Shown: in pieces, positions 20,867-28,290 of the stretch
Layout of the letters: every line of letters begins with the position of its first letter
Position numbering within the stretch: the stretch's first letter is position 1
From: a virus
Lineage: Duplodnaviria; Caudoviricetes
Reading direction: 5' to 3' (one strand)
IMG/VR virus record: IMGVR_UViG_3300032267_000290
Location: 1-62,057 of that record
Length of the DNA stretch: 62,057 bases
The notes under the pieces: generated by a model
What the model was told of the DNA's origin: nothing
Seen by the model: only the letters and a program-made list of their open reading frames with translations
The model's database searches: none
Position numbers and translations under genes: made by a program

Positions 20867-21183
20867 TTTTTCTCTCTCAAGAATTTTTCAATGTCATCAC
20901 AAACCACTCTTGCGAACGACTTGCCTGATGGGAACATCATGGTTGCACCTTGACAATTGTTAACAATTTTCATTGCCTCATTTAAACCCGCATTGAATCC
21001 TGAATTAAACAAATCGCTTGAGTCAGACATACGCATTTGAAATGCCTCCCTTGATAACTGACTAACGCTCATGTTTTCTTTTTTGGAGAAAGCTTTTACG
21101 CTATCACGCTCTTTGGGATCAAGATAAACCATTAGCGGAACAACAGTTTTAAAACGGCTCGGCTTCTTCAATCCATCGTTCAT
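20863..21183 (-). CDS. CopG/RHH-like DNA-binding protein
   Basis: LMVYLD.KE....K......MSVSQL.RE. Confidence 0.55.
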   Translation of the reverse strand: MNDGLKKPSRFKTVVPLMVYLDPKERDSVKAFSKKENMSVSQLSREAFQMRMSDSSDLFNSGFNAGLNEAMKIVNNCQGATMMFPSGKSFARVVCDDIEKFLREKK

Positions 21184-21562
21184 AATCTTCTACCATTTCA
21201 TCAAATAATTTTTGGGCATCTTTATTGCCATTGAGTTCAGTTCGGGAATGAATGCCACAGATCTGATGGATTGCCTCTACGGCATCAGCCTCTCCATCAA
21301 TCGATAAACCATTTGCTCTTTTTAACCACAGATGGAATTTCGTACTGCGACCCAACATACCCGCCTTTTTTAATCGATTGTCATAATGCGTTGCAGTTTC
21401 GTTATCTTGGATACGCACCATTGCGACACCGTATCTAGCCCCAACAAAGTCCCGCAATAATTCTTCGGGGGCTTCATCAGGGTGGATACTAAGTGTTAAA
21501 ACAAACCCAGTGCGATCTTGTTTAAGAGCAACTTTCACTGCCTCAAACTGAAGAGCGTTCAT
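21149..21562 (-). CDS. Hypothetical protein
   Basis: Coupled ORF, 137 aa. Confidence 0.7.
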   Translation of the reverse strand: MNALQFEAVKVALKQDRTGFVLTLSIHPDEAPEELLRDFVGARYGVAMVRIQDNETATHYDNRLKKAGMLGRSTKFHLWLKRANGLSIDGEADAVEAIHQICGIHSRTELNGNKDAQKLFDEMVEDYERWIEEAEPF

Positions 21563-21825
21563 CTGTTCTCCAGTTTGTTCTCAAGATAACTAATAACGGC
21601 TTTGTATTGGACGGCTTGATGCTCAAGGTTGTCGATTACATTGTGCAAGTTTTGTCGAATTTTTTCTAATTCAACAATCTTGGCTAATGATCGGCTCTCT
21701 ACATCAAACTGTTTAAACGTGTTAGCTTTTTTAGCCGCTGGTCTTCCACGCTTCGCTTTGTTTTTAGAACCTAATGGTCTGCCACGTTTTTTTGCCATTG
21801 GTTTTTTAGAATTCAATGTCATCAT
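21559..21825 (-). CDS. AT-hook-containing small DNA-binding protein with C-terminal coiled coil
   Basis: KKRGRPLGSKNKAKRGRPAAKK. Confidence 0.65.
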   Translation of the reverse strand: MMTLNSKKPMAKKRGRPLGSKNKAKRGRPAAKKANTFKQFDVESRSLAKIVELEKIRQNLHNVIDNLEHQAVQYKAVISYLENKLENR

Positions 21826-22096
21826 CTAGCTCCTCTGATTTGGTTTGTTGTGGTTGTGTCTTGCCATCTTCATATGGCTTTTGCGCCCTGATGTCTAGAT
21901 AAACTAAACCTGATTTGGCGGTTGTTTTCCATCCTGATAATTCCACCTTAATGCAATTATTAATCACTTCATAGGTGTTTAAGTCCAATAAAACAGTGCC
22001 ACGATAATCGGGTGCTTTAGGGTTTGTCTTTGTTTTGTTAGCAAAGATCGCCCCTTTATTTGGTTGATCTTCAAATGGTTTTTTGTACATCATCAC
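21806..22096 (-). CDS. Single-stranded DNA-binding protein (DUF736-like)
   Basis: KAPDYRG...LSGW...KSG..YL; acidic DDDIEF tail; follows ERF. Confidence 0.7.
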   Translation of the reverse strand: MMMYKKPFEDQPNKGAIFANKTKTNPKAPDYRGTVLLDLNTYEVINNCIKVELSGWKTTAKSGLVYLDIRAQKPYEDGKTQPQQTKSEELDDDIEF

Positions 22097-22707
22097 TCCT
22101 TAAATTTAGATTTGTACTGTGCAAACGCAGATTGCACTTGTTTAAACAAATCAGGATTGCTGACTTTCATCTGATCAATGCCCGCCTGATTCTTTTTCCA
22201 AAAACTGCTAAGTTCCTTGAGGCTCTCGCACGTATCACCAAAGGTAATAAGTACTTCTGCAAGGGCATCTAAGTTCTGCTCAGGCTCTTGGGGCTTTGCC
22301 TTAACTTCAACAGGCTTTATTTCTACTGCTTGCGATCCTGTTACGGCATCCAATGCATCATGCTCAACGATGGCTAAAGCAGTAACGTACAGATACCTAC
22401 GCTGATACGTTTCTACTGCACCAATGTTTTGCACTTCGTGACATCCCTTTAACTGGGCAGAACCCATAGGTGAGGTAAACGTTACACTGCTACCGTCTTC
22501 GATGTCATACACCACCATTGTTGCAAGGTCTTGCGTAAACGAAATCACATCGCATAAGCCATGCTTTTTAAATAAACCTTGAATGGCGGGCAAAAAGTCA
22601 CCCAATTCAAAGTATTTATATCCCGCAAATTTGTTATGACCTGATTTGCTTAGTGGCATTGTTTGAAGTTCATTACGAACCTCGACTAGTTTTCTACAGA
22701 CTTTCAA
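22093..22707 (-). CDS. ERF-family ssDNA annealing protein
   Basis: KSGHNKFAGYKYFEL.D and QNIGAVETYQRRYLY..AL.I motifs; TTG start. Confidence 0.85.
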   Translation of the reverse strand: MKVCRKLVEVRNELQTMPLSKSGHNKFAGYKYFELGDFLPAIQGLFKKHGLCDVISFTQDLATMVVYDIEDGSSVTFTSPMGSAQLKGCHEVQNIGAVETYQRRYLYVTALAIVEHDALDAVTGSQAVEIKPVEVKAKPQEPEQNLDALAEVLITFGDTCESLKELSSFWKKNQAGIDQMKVSNPDLFKQVQSAFAQYKSKFKE

Positions 22708-23593
22708 TTAAACCCCCCTGCTCCTTTTGATTTTGATATTGACTACACCACTGCGATACTCCGCAGAAGTTCCCTGTACAACGTACTGCCTCACCCTTAC
22801 GGATTTCTATAAAGCCTTTGTCTTTCTCAGGCATTTCTTTTAACAAGGCATCTGCCTCGTCTTGTGTATCAAACACACGAATTGCAGTCTTACGACCATC
22901 CTTTTTGACCGCATACGTGGTTTGTCTAACCCAACGCTCCTCTTCAGTACATAAAGGCAACTCCTCGCCCCAATCAGCATTGACCTTGGAATCCCTGTGC
23001 ATCTCGACTCGTTCCTTGATAAAAGCCTCAGTGCGATCAAATGTCCACATTGGAATGTCAACTATTTGGATAGGTGCTTGTGGATAGTCAGGTTTGTTCT
23101 GAGCATCCCGCCTAGACCAATCTCGGATCAAGGCACAGATCTTCAAGCCTTTAACAGGCTTTTTCTTAACCCGCTCCACCAAGTACTTATAGATGTTCTG
23201 TTGTTGTTCCCACTCAGGCTTGTCGTTCATCAATGCCCATGCGGACGTGAACTTATAGTCTGTAATGGTGATGCCATCTGCCTCGTCCTTTTGGAGGTCA
23301 ATCGCCCCCGACAGGATGATGCCATTGACACCCGCAGAAAGACGTTCCTCATTGGTGTGACCCGATACCTCAGAACGCTCGGCTACAACGTGCAGAGCAG
23401 TGCCTAGGAGCATCCAAAGCATATCGGATACATCTTGCTCTATCTCTTCAAAATGCTTGCGTCTGAGCCTCTGTATGCGAGGCGGGGAGATGATTTCTGT
23501 GACTGAATAGTCTGACTGACCCTTGGTGTAGTAATCTCTACTGGCGAGTGCAACTAATGTTTCTGGTACATTGAATTTGTTTGTGATCTTCAT
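22694..23593 (-). CDS. PD-(D/E)XK (Cas4-like) exonuclease
   Basis: GTALH...E...SGAID...DYK motifs plus C-terminal Cys cluster. Confidence 0.8.
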   Translation of the reverse strand: MKITNKFNVPETLVALASRDYYTKGQSDYSVTEIISPPRIQRLRRKHFEEIEQDVSDMLWMLLGTALHVVAERSEVSGHTNEERLSAGVNGIILSGAIDLQKDEADGITITDYKFTSAWALMNDKPEWEQQQNIYKYLVERVKKKPVKGLKICALIRDWSRRDAQNKPDYPQAPIQIVDIPMWTFDRTEAFIKERVEMHRDSKVNADWGEELPLCTEEERWVRQTTYAVKKDGRKTAIRVFDTQDEADALLKEMPEKDKGFIEIRKGEAVRCTGNFCGVSQWCSQYQNQKEQGGLIESL

Positions 23594-23613
23594 TTAAGCC
23601 CTCCTATGACTAA

Positions 23614-23642
23614 ATACTAATACAACTATTTAACAAATGCAA
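23614..23642 (-). promoter_or_regulatory. Sigma70-type promoter for the leftward recombination operon
   Basis: TTGCAT-17 nt-TAGTAT on minus strand, ~20 nt before the exonuclease start. Confidence 0.65.
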
Positions 23643-24008
23643 ACACTATTTTTAAAAATATTTGGTGAACCCGCAAGTAAAGCTAACTCACGGAAAATGG
23701 TCTACGTGCGTGGAAAGCCAATGTTTATCAAGTCCGCCAAGGCGTTGTCGTATGCTAAAGCGTTTAAACAGCAATGCGTTATTTCCGACAGCGAAGTTTT
23801 TGAATGTGATGTGGCGGTAACCATTCGCATTTGGTACGCATCACGTAGACCTGACTTGGACGAGAGTTTAATACTGGATTTGCTACAAGAGGTGGCATAT
23901 AAGAATGACCGACAGGTCAAAGAGAAACACATATATTGGGGTTTGGATAAGGAGAACCCTAGGTGTGAGATAGAAGTAAGCGAAATAAAAAAAGCCACTA
24001 TCGCTTGA
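23637..24008 (+). CDS. rusA: RusA-like Holliday junction resolvase
   Basis: GEPASKAN...RRPDLD..ILDLLQ...YKNDRQV...K....NPRCEIEV. Confidence 0.8.
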   Translation: MQTLFLKIFGEPASKANSRKMVYVRGKPMFIKSAKALSYAKAFKQQCVISDSEVFECDVAVTIRIWYASRRPDLDESLILDLLQEVAYKNDRQVKEKHIYWGLDKENPRCEIEVSEIKKATIA

Positions 24009-24022
24009 AGAGTAGTGGCTTT
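23987..24022 (-). terminator. Intrinsic terminator (possibly bidirectional; overlaps the rusA stop)
   Basis: Minus strand AAAGCCACTA-12 nt-TAGTGGC followed by T7. Confidence 0.8.
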
Positions 24023-24084
24023 CCGACCTACTGGTCTATGACTAGGGGGCTTAATCGAAGTCATTGTTGAGCCGATGAATGCTC
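23987..24084 (-). ncRNA. Candidate ~98-nt sRNA with anti-RBS loop (UUAAGCCCCCU)
   Basis: Own promoter and intrinsic terminator; four hairpins; loop complementary to the RBS of ~10 phage genes. Confidence 0.65.
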
Positions 24085-24090
24085 AGGGGT

Positions 24091-24120
24091 ATATTACACC
24101 ATCTGAAAAATGTTTGTCAA
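24091..24120 (-). promoter_or_regulatory. Sigma70-type promoter of the candidate sRNA
   Basis: TTGACA-18 nt-TAATAT on minus strand. Confidence 0.65.
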
Positions 24121-24190
24121 ACAGTAACGTTCTCCTTGTTTTGTCATAATTTTCAAAGAAAATGGATGGATGTTCATGTGAGGTGAACTT

Positions 24191-24220
24191 TGGGGGAGAA
24201 TTTAACTCCCCCGTTTTTTT
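24191..24220 (+). terminator. Intrinsic terminator
   Basis: GGGGGAG-7 nt-CTCCCCC, then G and T7. Confidence 0.75.
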
Positions 24221-24357
24221 ACTCGGCATTAAGTAACTTAGCCCGTTTAAACGATCTACGAGCTGCTGCGTAGCCAGGCAAAAGCTCATCTCAGCCAGGC
24301 ACGATTCATTCGTTTAAACATATGATTAGGATTTACACGTACTTGCATCAAAACACC

Positions 24358-24386
24358 TTGCAATTTATTTTTTATAAATTTAATAT
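24358..24386 (+). promoter_or_regulatory. Sigma70-type promoter for HNH/primase-helicase
   Basis: TTGCAA-17 nt-TAATAT. Confidence 0.65.
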
Positions 24387-24622
24387 TGAAACCTGTTTCG
24401 TTTGACGATGAAAAACGGTAGGGACGAAACGGTATTGCTGATACTACGGTTAGTGCATTAGACATCAGACAGGGATGGCGAAGAAAGAATCCCTTGCACG
24501 AAAAGTCTTTCGGGTCAACCGATACCAATGTGGGCATAGGTTGTGAAGGCAGACCAGTTTAGGCTAGGTCTGCCCTCCCCAAGAGGGCAGTATGTATATA
24601 TATATAGAAAAAGATTATTTTT

Positions 24623-24898
24623 ATGCCATACGTTAACAAACCACGTCCTTATAAAAAGGAATACACCCAACAAAAGTCTAGAGATGAGCAACCATCTCGA
24701 AATGCAAGGGCGAGGGCTAGGTATGACATGGATAAGCGTGGGGTAGACAGAAAAGGAAAAGACATTGATCATGTCGTTCCACTCTCAAAAGGAGGTACTA
24801 ACTCAAGTAAAAATTTGAAATTGAAATCACCAAAATCAAATCGATCTTTTACACGGAATAGCGATCACACTGTTAAAATAAACAAACCAAAGAAGTAA
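24623..24898 (+). CDS. Small HNH endonuclease
   Basis: DIDHVVPLSKGGTN..KNL......NRS. Confidence 0.8.
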   Translation: MPYVNKPRPYKKEYTQQKSRDEQPSRNARARARYDMDKRGVDRKGKDIDHVVPLSKGGTNSSKNLKLKSPKSNRSFTRNSDHTVKINKPKK

Positions 24899-24918
24899 AA
24901 CTTAGAGGGGCTTAAAAT

Positions 24919-26604
24919 ATGAATGCGGTAGCGGAGTTTGTGTCTTCATTGCACGTGGATAATCATCTACGTACCATATGTCCGAATTGTTCTCAGGACA
25001 GAAAAAAATCTCATTTAAAAGAACTAAACATTGACCGCAAGGAAGATGCTTTGGTCTATTACTGTCAACACTGCCAAATCAGCGGGGCGGTTCCATTTAA
25101 AACAAAATCTTACAGACACTCGGAGAGTAATGTGCATCCCATTAGAAATTTAGAAACAACAAAACTAGAAAACAAACATTTTGACTTTTTAAAATCTCGT
25201 GGTATTTCTGCCAACACCGCAGAGAAGATGCAGTTGTTCCCTGCCGAAAAATACTTTCAGCGTTTAAACAAGAAGACAGACGCAATCGGCTTCCCATATT
25301 TCCGTAACGGGGTATACGTGTCTGCCAAGTATCGGAGCATCGAGGCGAAGGACTTTACGCAAGACGTGGGCGGTGCAAACGACTTTTTTGGCATAGACCA
25401 TATCGATACGACCAAGCCAGTAATCATTGTTGAGGGTGAGATTGATGCTTTGACTTTGCTTGAGTGTGGCTTGACCAACGTGGTTTCTGTGCCAAGTGGC
25501 GCACCGATGAAAGTCTCGGATGGAAAGGTGGATGCCTCGGAGGATAAGAAGTTTTCTTTTGTGTGGAATGCGTTTGACGTGCTTGAGAAAGTACCCCACG
25601 TCACGATAGCGACCGACACCGACACTGCGGGTCAGGCTTTGGCTGAGGAATTGGCGAGAAGGATTGGCAAAGACAAATGCAGAATCTCTCATTTCAAATA
25701 CAAAGATTTAAATGAGGCTTACCTTGCCGAGGGCAAGGAACTGGTCATAAAAATTATCGAGGAGGCAGAGCCGTACCCAGTTGCGGGTTTGTCTTCAGCC
25801 TCCAAGTTTGCTGACCGTTTAAACGACTTGTGGGGGAAGGGGACGGGGAAGGGCTTGTCTACTGGTTACTCCAACGTGGATGAAATCTATACGGTGGCTC
25901 AGGGTCAACTGACCATCGTAACTGGATACCCCTCATGCGGTAAGTCTAACTTTGTGGATCAAATGATGGTCAACTTGGGGAGGAATCACGATTGGAAGTT
26001 TGCGGTCTGCTCGTTTGAGAATCAGCCTGAGATTCATATCTCCCGCCTCATGGAGATCTACAAGGAAAAGCGGTTCTTTGATGGCACAAAGCGAATGACT
26101 CAGGACGAGAAGGACGAGGCATTTAAATGGGTGGAAGAGCATTTCCTCTTCTTAGATTCCGAGGGAGTAGAACCCGCCACGATTGAATCAATCTTGGAGC
26201 GGGCAAAGGTTGCGGTGGTTCGCATGGGAATCCGAGGTCTTGTTATCGATCCTTACAACTACATCGACAACAAAGGCGGTCAGGCAGAGACAGAATTTAT
26301 ATCGGGGATGTTGACCCGCATACAAGCGTTTGCTAAGGCTTATGGGGTTCATGTATGGTTCGTAGCCCATCCAAGCAAAATAACACGCTCAGGGATGGAT
26401 TTACCACGTCCTGATGGTATGGCTATATCAGGATCTATGGCATGGTGGGCAAAGGCAGACTGCGGGATCACAGTGCATCGCACCAAGGAGAACGTAGAGA
26501 TTGCGGTTTGGAAGTGTCGCTATCGGTGGGTAGGTACTCAAGGGGAAACTGCTTTAGGGTACGACAAGGTCACAGGTACGTACTTTGAACAAGAGGCATT
26601 CTAG
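24919..26604 (+). CDS. T7 gp4/Twinkle-like primase-helicase
   Basis: CPNC..CQHC zinc finger, TOPRIM EGEID and DTD, SF4 helicase GYPSCGKS, VIDPY, VAHP. Confidence 0.92.
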   Translation: MNAVAEFVSSLHVDNHLRTICPNCSQDRKKSHLKELNIDRKEDALVYYCQHCQISGAVPFKTKSYRHSESNVHPIRNLETTKLENKHFDFLKSRGISANTAEKMQLFPAEKYFQRLNKKTDAIGFPYFRNGVYVSAKYRSIEAKDFTQDVGGANDFFGIDHIDTTKPVIIVEGEIDALTLLECGLTNVVSVPSGAPMKVSDGKVDASEDKKFSFVWNAFDVLEKVPHVTIATDTDTAGQALAEELARRIGKDKCRISHFKYKDLNEAYLAEGKELVIKIIEEAEPYPVAGLSSASKFADRLNDLWGKGTGKGLSTGYSNVDEIYTVAQGQLTIVTGYPSCGKSNFVDQMMVNLGRNHDWKFAVCSFENQPEIHISRLMEIYKEKRFFDGTKRMTQDEKDEAFKWVEEHFLFLDSEGVEPATIESILERAKVAVVRMGIRGLVIDPYNYIDNKGGQAETEFISGMLTRIQAFAKAYGVHVWFVAHPSKITRSGMDLPRPDGMAISGSMAWWAKADCGITVHRTKENVEIAVWKCRYRWVGTQGETALGYDKVTGTYFEQEAF

Positions 26605-26694
26605 GTTTAAACCCAACCCGCCAGAAAAAAGATGCTGGTACATTGACTGCCCGTTTAAACGCTCAGTGCATCATAAGTGGTGAATCTGAGGACG

Positions 26695-26730
26695 AAAAAA
26701 AACCCCCGATGACCGAAGTCAAAGGGGGTT
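26695..26730 (-). terminator. Intrinsic terminator between convergent operons
   Basis: AACCCCC...GGGGGTT stem with TTCG-capped inner stem; T-run on minus strand. Confidence 0.75.
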
Positions 26731-26735
26731 AATTA

Positions 26736-27044
26736 TTAATGCATGGTCAGATCAGCGATACGATCAAACACCCGCTCCACATAGGCATGGATCGGTTCAT
26801 CGGGATTGGCATCCCGAATCTCAACTAAAGTATCAAAGGCTTTGTTTAAATCTTTTAAAGCCTTTGCTTTGCCAATCTTATCTTCTTTCAATAAATGCTC
26901 AACTACCATTACGTTGAGGACGGTTTTATTTAAAAGCATTTGAGTTTGTATATCCAATTTAATACTCCAATCTAGATTCAACAATTGATTCGACACCCTC
27001 ATCGAACCGCTTACGAAGAATAGCAAGGACTGCTTTGTCATCAT
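26736..27044 (-). CDS. Hypothetical protein (true start probably downstream of the track start)
   Basis: Last ORF of leftward operon. Confidence 0.55.
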   Translation of the reverse strand: MMTKQSLLFFVSGSMRVSNQLLNLDWSIKLDIQTQMLLNKTVLNVMVVEHLLKEDKIGKAKALKDLNKAFDTLVEIRDANPDEPIHAYVERVFDRIADLTMH

Positions 27045-27240
27045 TCCGAGCGAGTGCTTTTAGCAAATCGGATTGGTCATCGAAGAGTCTTTCAAATATC
27101 TCAAACTCATCGGGTGTGACCATCCCACTGCCAATCTCTTTTAACAACACAGAGCGTTCCTCTGCCCACACCTCCTCATGATCACATTGCTCGTCTATGT
27201 AATCCTCTGCACAACTTTGTAACCAACGATCAGGATTCAT
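26959..27240 (-). CDS. Acidic hypothetical protein
   Basis: GGAG RBS; coupled ORF. Confidence 0.65.
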   Translation of the reverse strand: MNPDRWLQSCAEDYIDEQCDHEEVWAEERSVLLKEIGSGMVTPDEFEIFERLFDDQSDLLKALARNDDKAVLAILRKRFDEGVESIVESRLEY

Positions 27241-27394
27241 CGTTCAACTCCTTTGCTAAATTAATTAATTGGCTAGGTGTATAGCCATCCAATACCAACT
27301 GCACAAGATTATCTACAGTGAATCCAACGAAGTAGTCGTATACCCTGACTGCATTGTCATCACCAACTAAGTCTTTCAATTGTTCATAGGTCAT
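27230..27394 (-). CDS. Hypothetical protein (start MTYEQ)
   Basis: AAGGAG RBS before ATG at 27394. Confidence 0.6.
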   Translation of the reverse strand: MTYEQLKDLVGDDNAVRVYDYFVGFTVDNLVQLVLDGYTPSQLINLAKELNDES

Positions 27395-27524
27395 TCTTAC
27401 GCTCCTTAATTTCACGCTCAAGTATTTGTTTAAACAACATCCAACGTGAAGATTTTTTGTAGCCCTCACGTTGGTGTTCTCTGCGTACAACTTTTGCTAT
27501 TGGTGGTTTACGTTCGACTGTCAC
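27384..27524 (-). CDS. Small basic hypothetical protein (46 aa, GTG start)
   Basis: GTGA overlap with upstream ORF; fills the operon gap. Confidence 0.45.
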   Translation of the reverse strand: MTVERKPPIAKVVRREHQREGYKKSSRWMLFKQILEREIKERKNDL

Positions 27525-27610
27525 ACTGCACCATGTATTAAATTGGCAACGAATGCAATTAACATTAAGTACAACGCAATGTCAAATAGGCGGTCAACGA
27601 AATGTTTCAT
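27521..27610 (-). CDS. 29-aa membrane peptide
   Basis: MKHFVDRLFDIALYLMLIAFVANLIHGAV; RBS GGAGGGCTTA. Confidence 0.55.
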   Translation of the reverse strand: MKHFVDRLFDIALYLMLIAFVANLIHGAV

Positions 27611-27611
27611 A

Positions 27612-27827
27612 CTAAGCCCTCCAAGATGCATCATCGATGCGTTGTGCCTCAGCATCATCCTCGTCCTCGTCAAGATCTGCTAAGTACTCAGGTCTCGCAT
27701 CTTTAAAAAACGTAACAATGAAATTTCCATCAGCATCCCAATCCATTTTCCAATCGGCATGACCAAATTCAAGATTAGAAAATTCGTCCAACAAATCTGT
27801 ATTACAAGAAAAATGATGGCTACGCAT
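27612..27827 (-). CDS. Highly acidic small protein
   Basis: RBS AGGGGGGCTTA; Asp/Glu-rich. Confidence 0.65.
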   Translation of the reverse strand: MRSHHFSCNTDLLDEFSNLEFGHADWKMDWDADGNFIVTFFKDARPEYLADLDEDEDDAEAQRIDDASWRA

Positions 27828-27842
27828 AATAAGCCCCCCTAT

Positions 27843-27998
27843 TTAAACTGCAAAGAAAATGGCACGTAACGCTTGATAGCGTGTCGCACCTTTGTGCCGA
27901 AGAATCCAGTACGCATACTTGTAACCGAACGTACGAATATTCTGTGCGACCTTGAATGGATACAACTCTTGCTCTAAAAACATACAAACTTTATTCAT
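27843..27998 (-). CDS. Hypothetical protein (51 aa, not in ORF track)
   Basis: MNKVCMFLEQELYPF...; RBS AGGGGGCTTA. Confidence 0.6.
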   Translation of the reverse strand: MNKVCMFLEQELYPFKVAQNIRTFGYKYAYWILRHKGATRYQALRAIFFAV

Positions 27999-28019
27999 GT
28001 AAGCCCCCTGTTTAAACGG

Positions 28020-28262
28020 TTAATGTATTGATTCTCCATCAGCTTGTTGGTTTAAATCGTTGATGACATAAACCGAAGTGATGGTCTCTAAAACGTCTTG
28101 CAAAAATTCTTCATATGGAATGCCATTACAAATACCAACATTTGCAATTGATACCGCTAATGCATCAACAACCAATTTTAAATTTTTGTTGTCACACGCA
28201 TTGCCAATGCTATTGATAAGCGAAGAGAACTGGTTCGGATCGTGTTTCATTTTTACCTCCAA
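28020..28262 (-). CDS. Hypothetical protein (likely start MKHDP)
   Basis: GGAGG RBS. Confidence 0.6.
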   Translation of the reverse strand: MEVKMKHDPNQFSSLINSIGNACDNKNLKLVVDALAVSIANVGICNGIPYEEFLQDVLETITSVYVINDLNQQADGESIH

Positions 28263-28265
28263 TTT

Positions 28266-28289
28266 AAAAACAGGGGGTCACCCCCCTGT
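28266..28289 (-). terminator. Intrinsic terminator after the vWA gene
   Basis: ACAGGGGG-GTGA-CCCCCTGT followed by TTTT on minus strand. Confidence 0.6.
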
Positions 28290-28290
28290 G

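Noticed and set aside
22694-23593. Cas4-like gene as a sign of CRISPR
   Set aside because: No repeat-spacer array or other cas genes; exonuclease-ERF-SSB context indicates recombination
23702-24064. 120-aa minus-strand ORF starting inside the sRNA
   Set aside because: No RBS, antisense to rusA, and interrupted by the minus-strand terminator
24038-24064. UUAAGCCC resemblance to a pistol ribozyme segment
   Set aside because: No local pseudoknot partner or other pistol core elements
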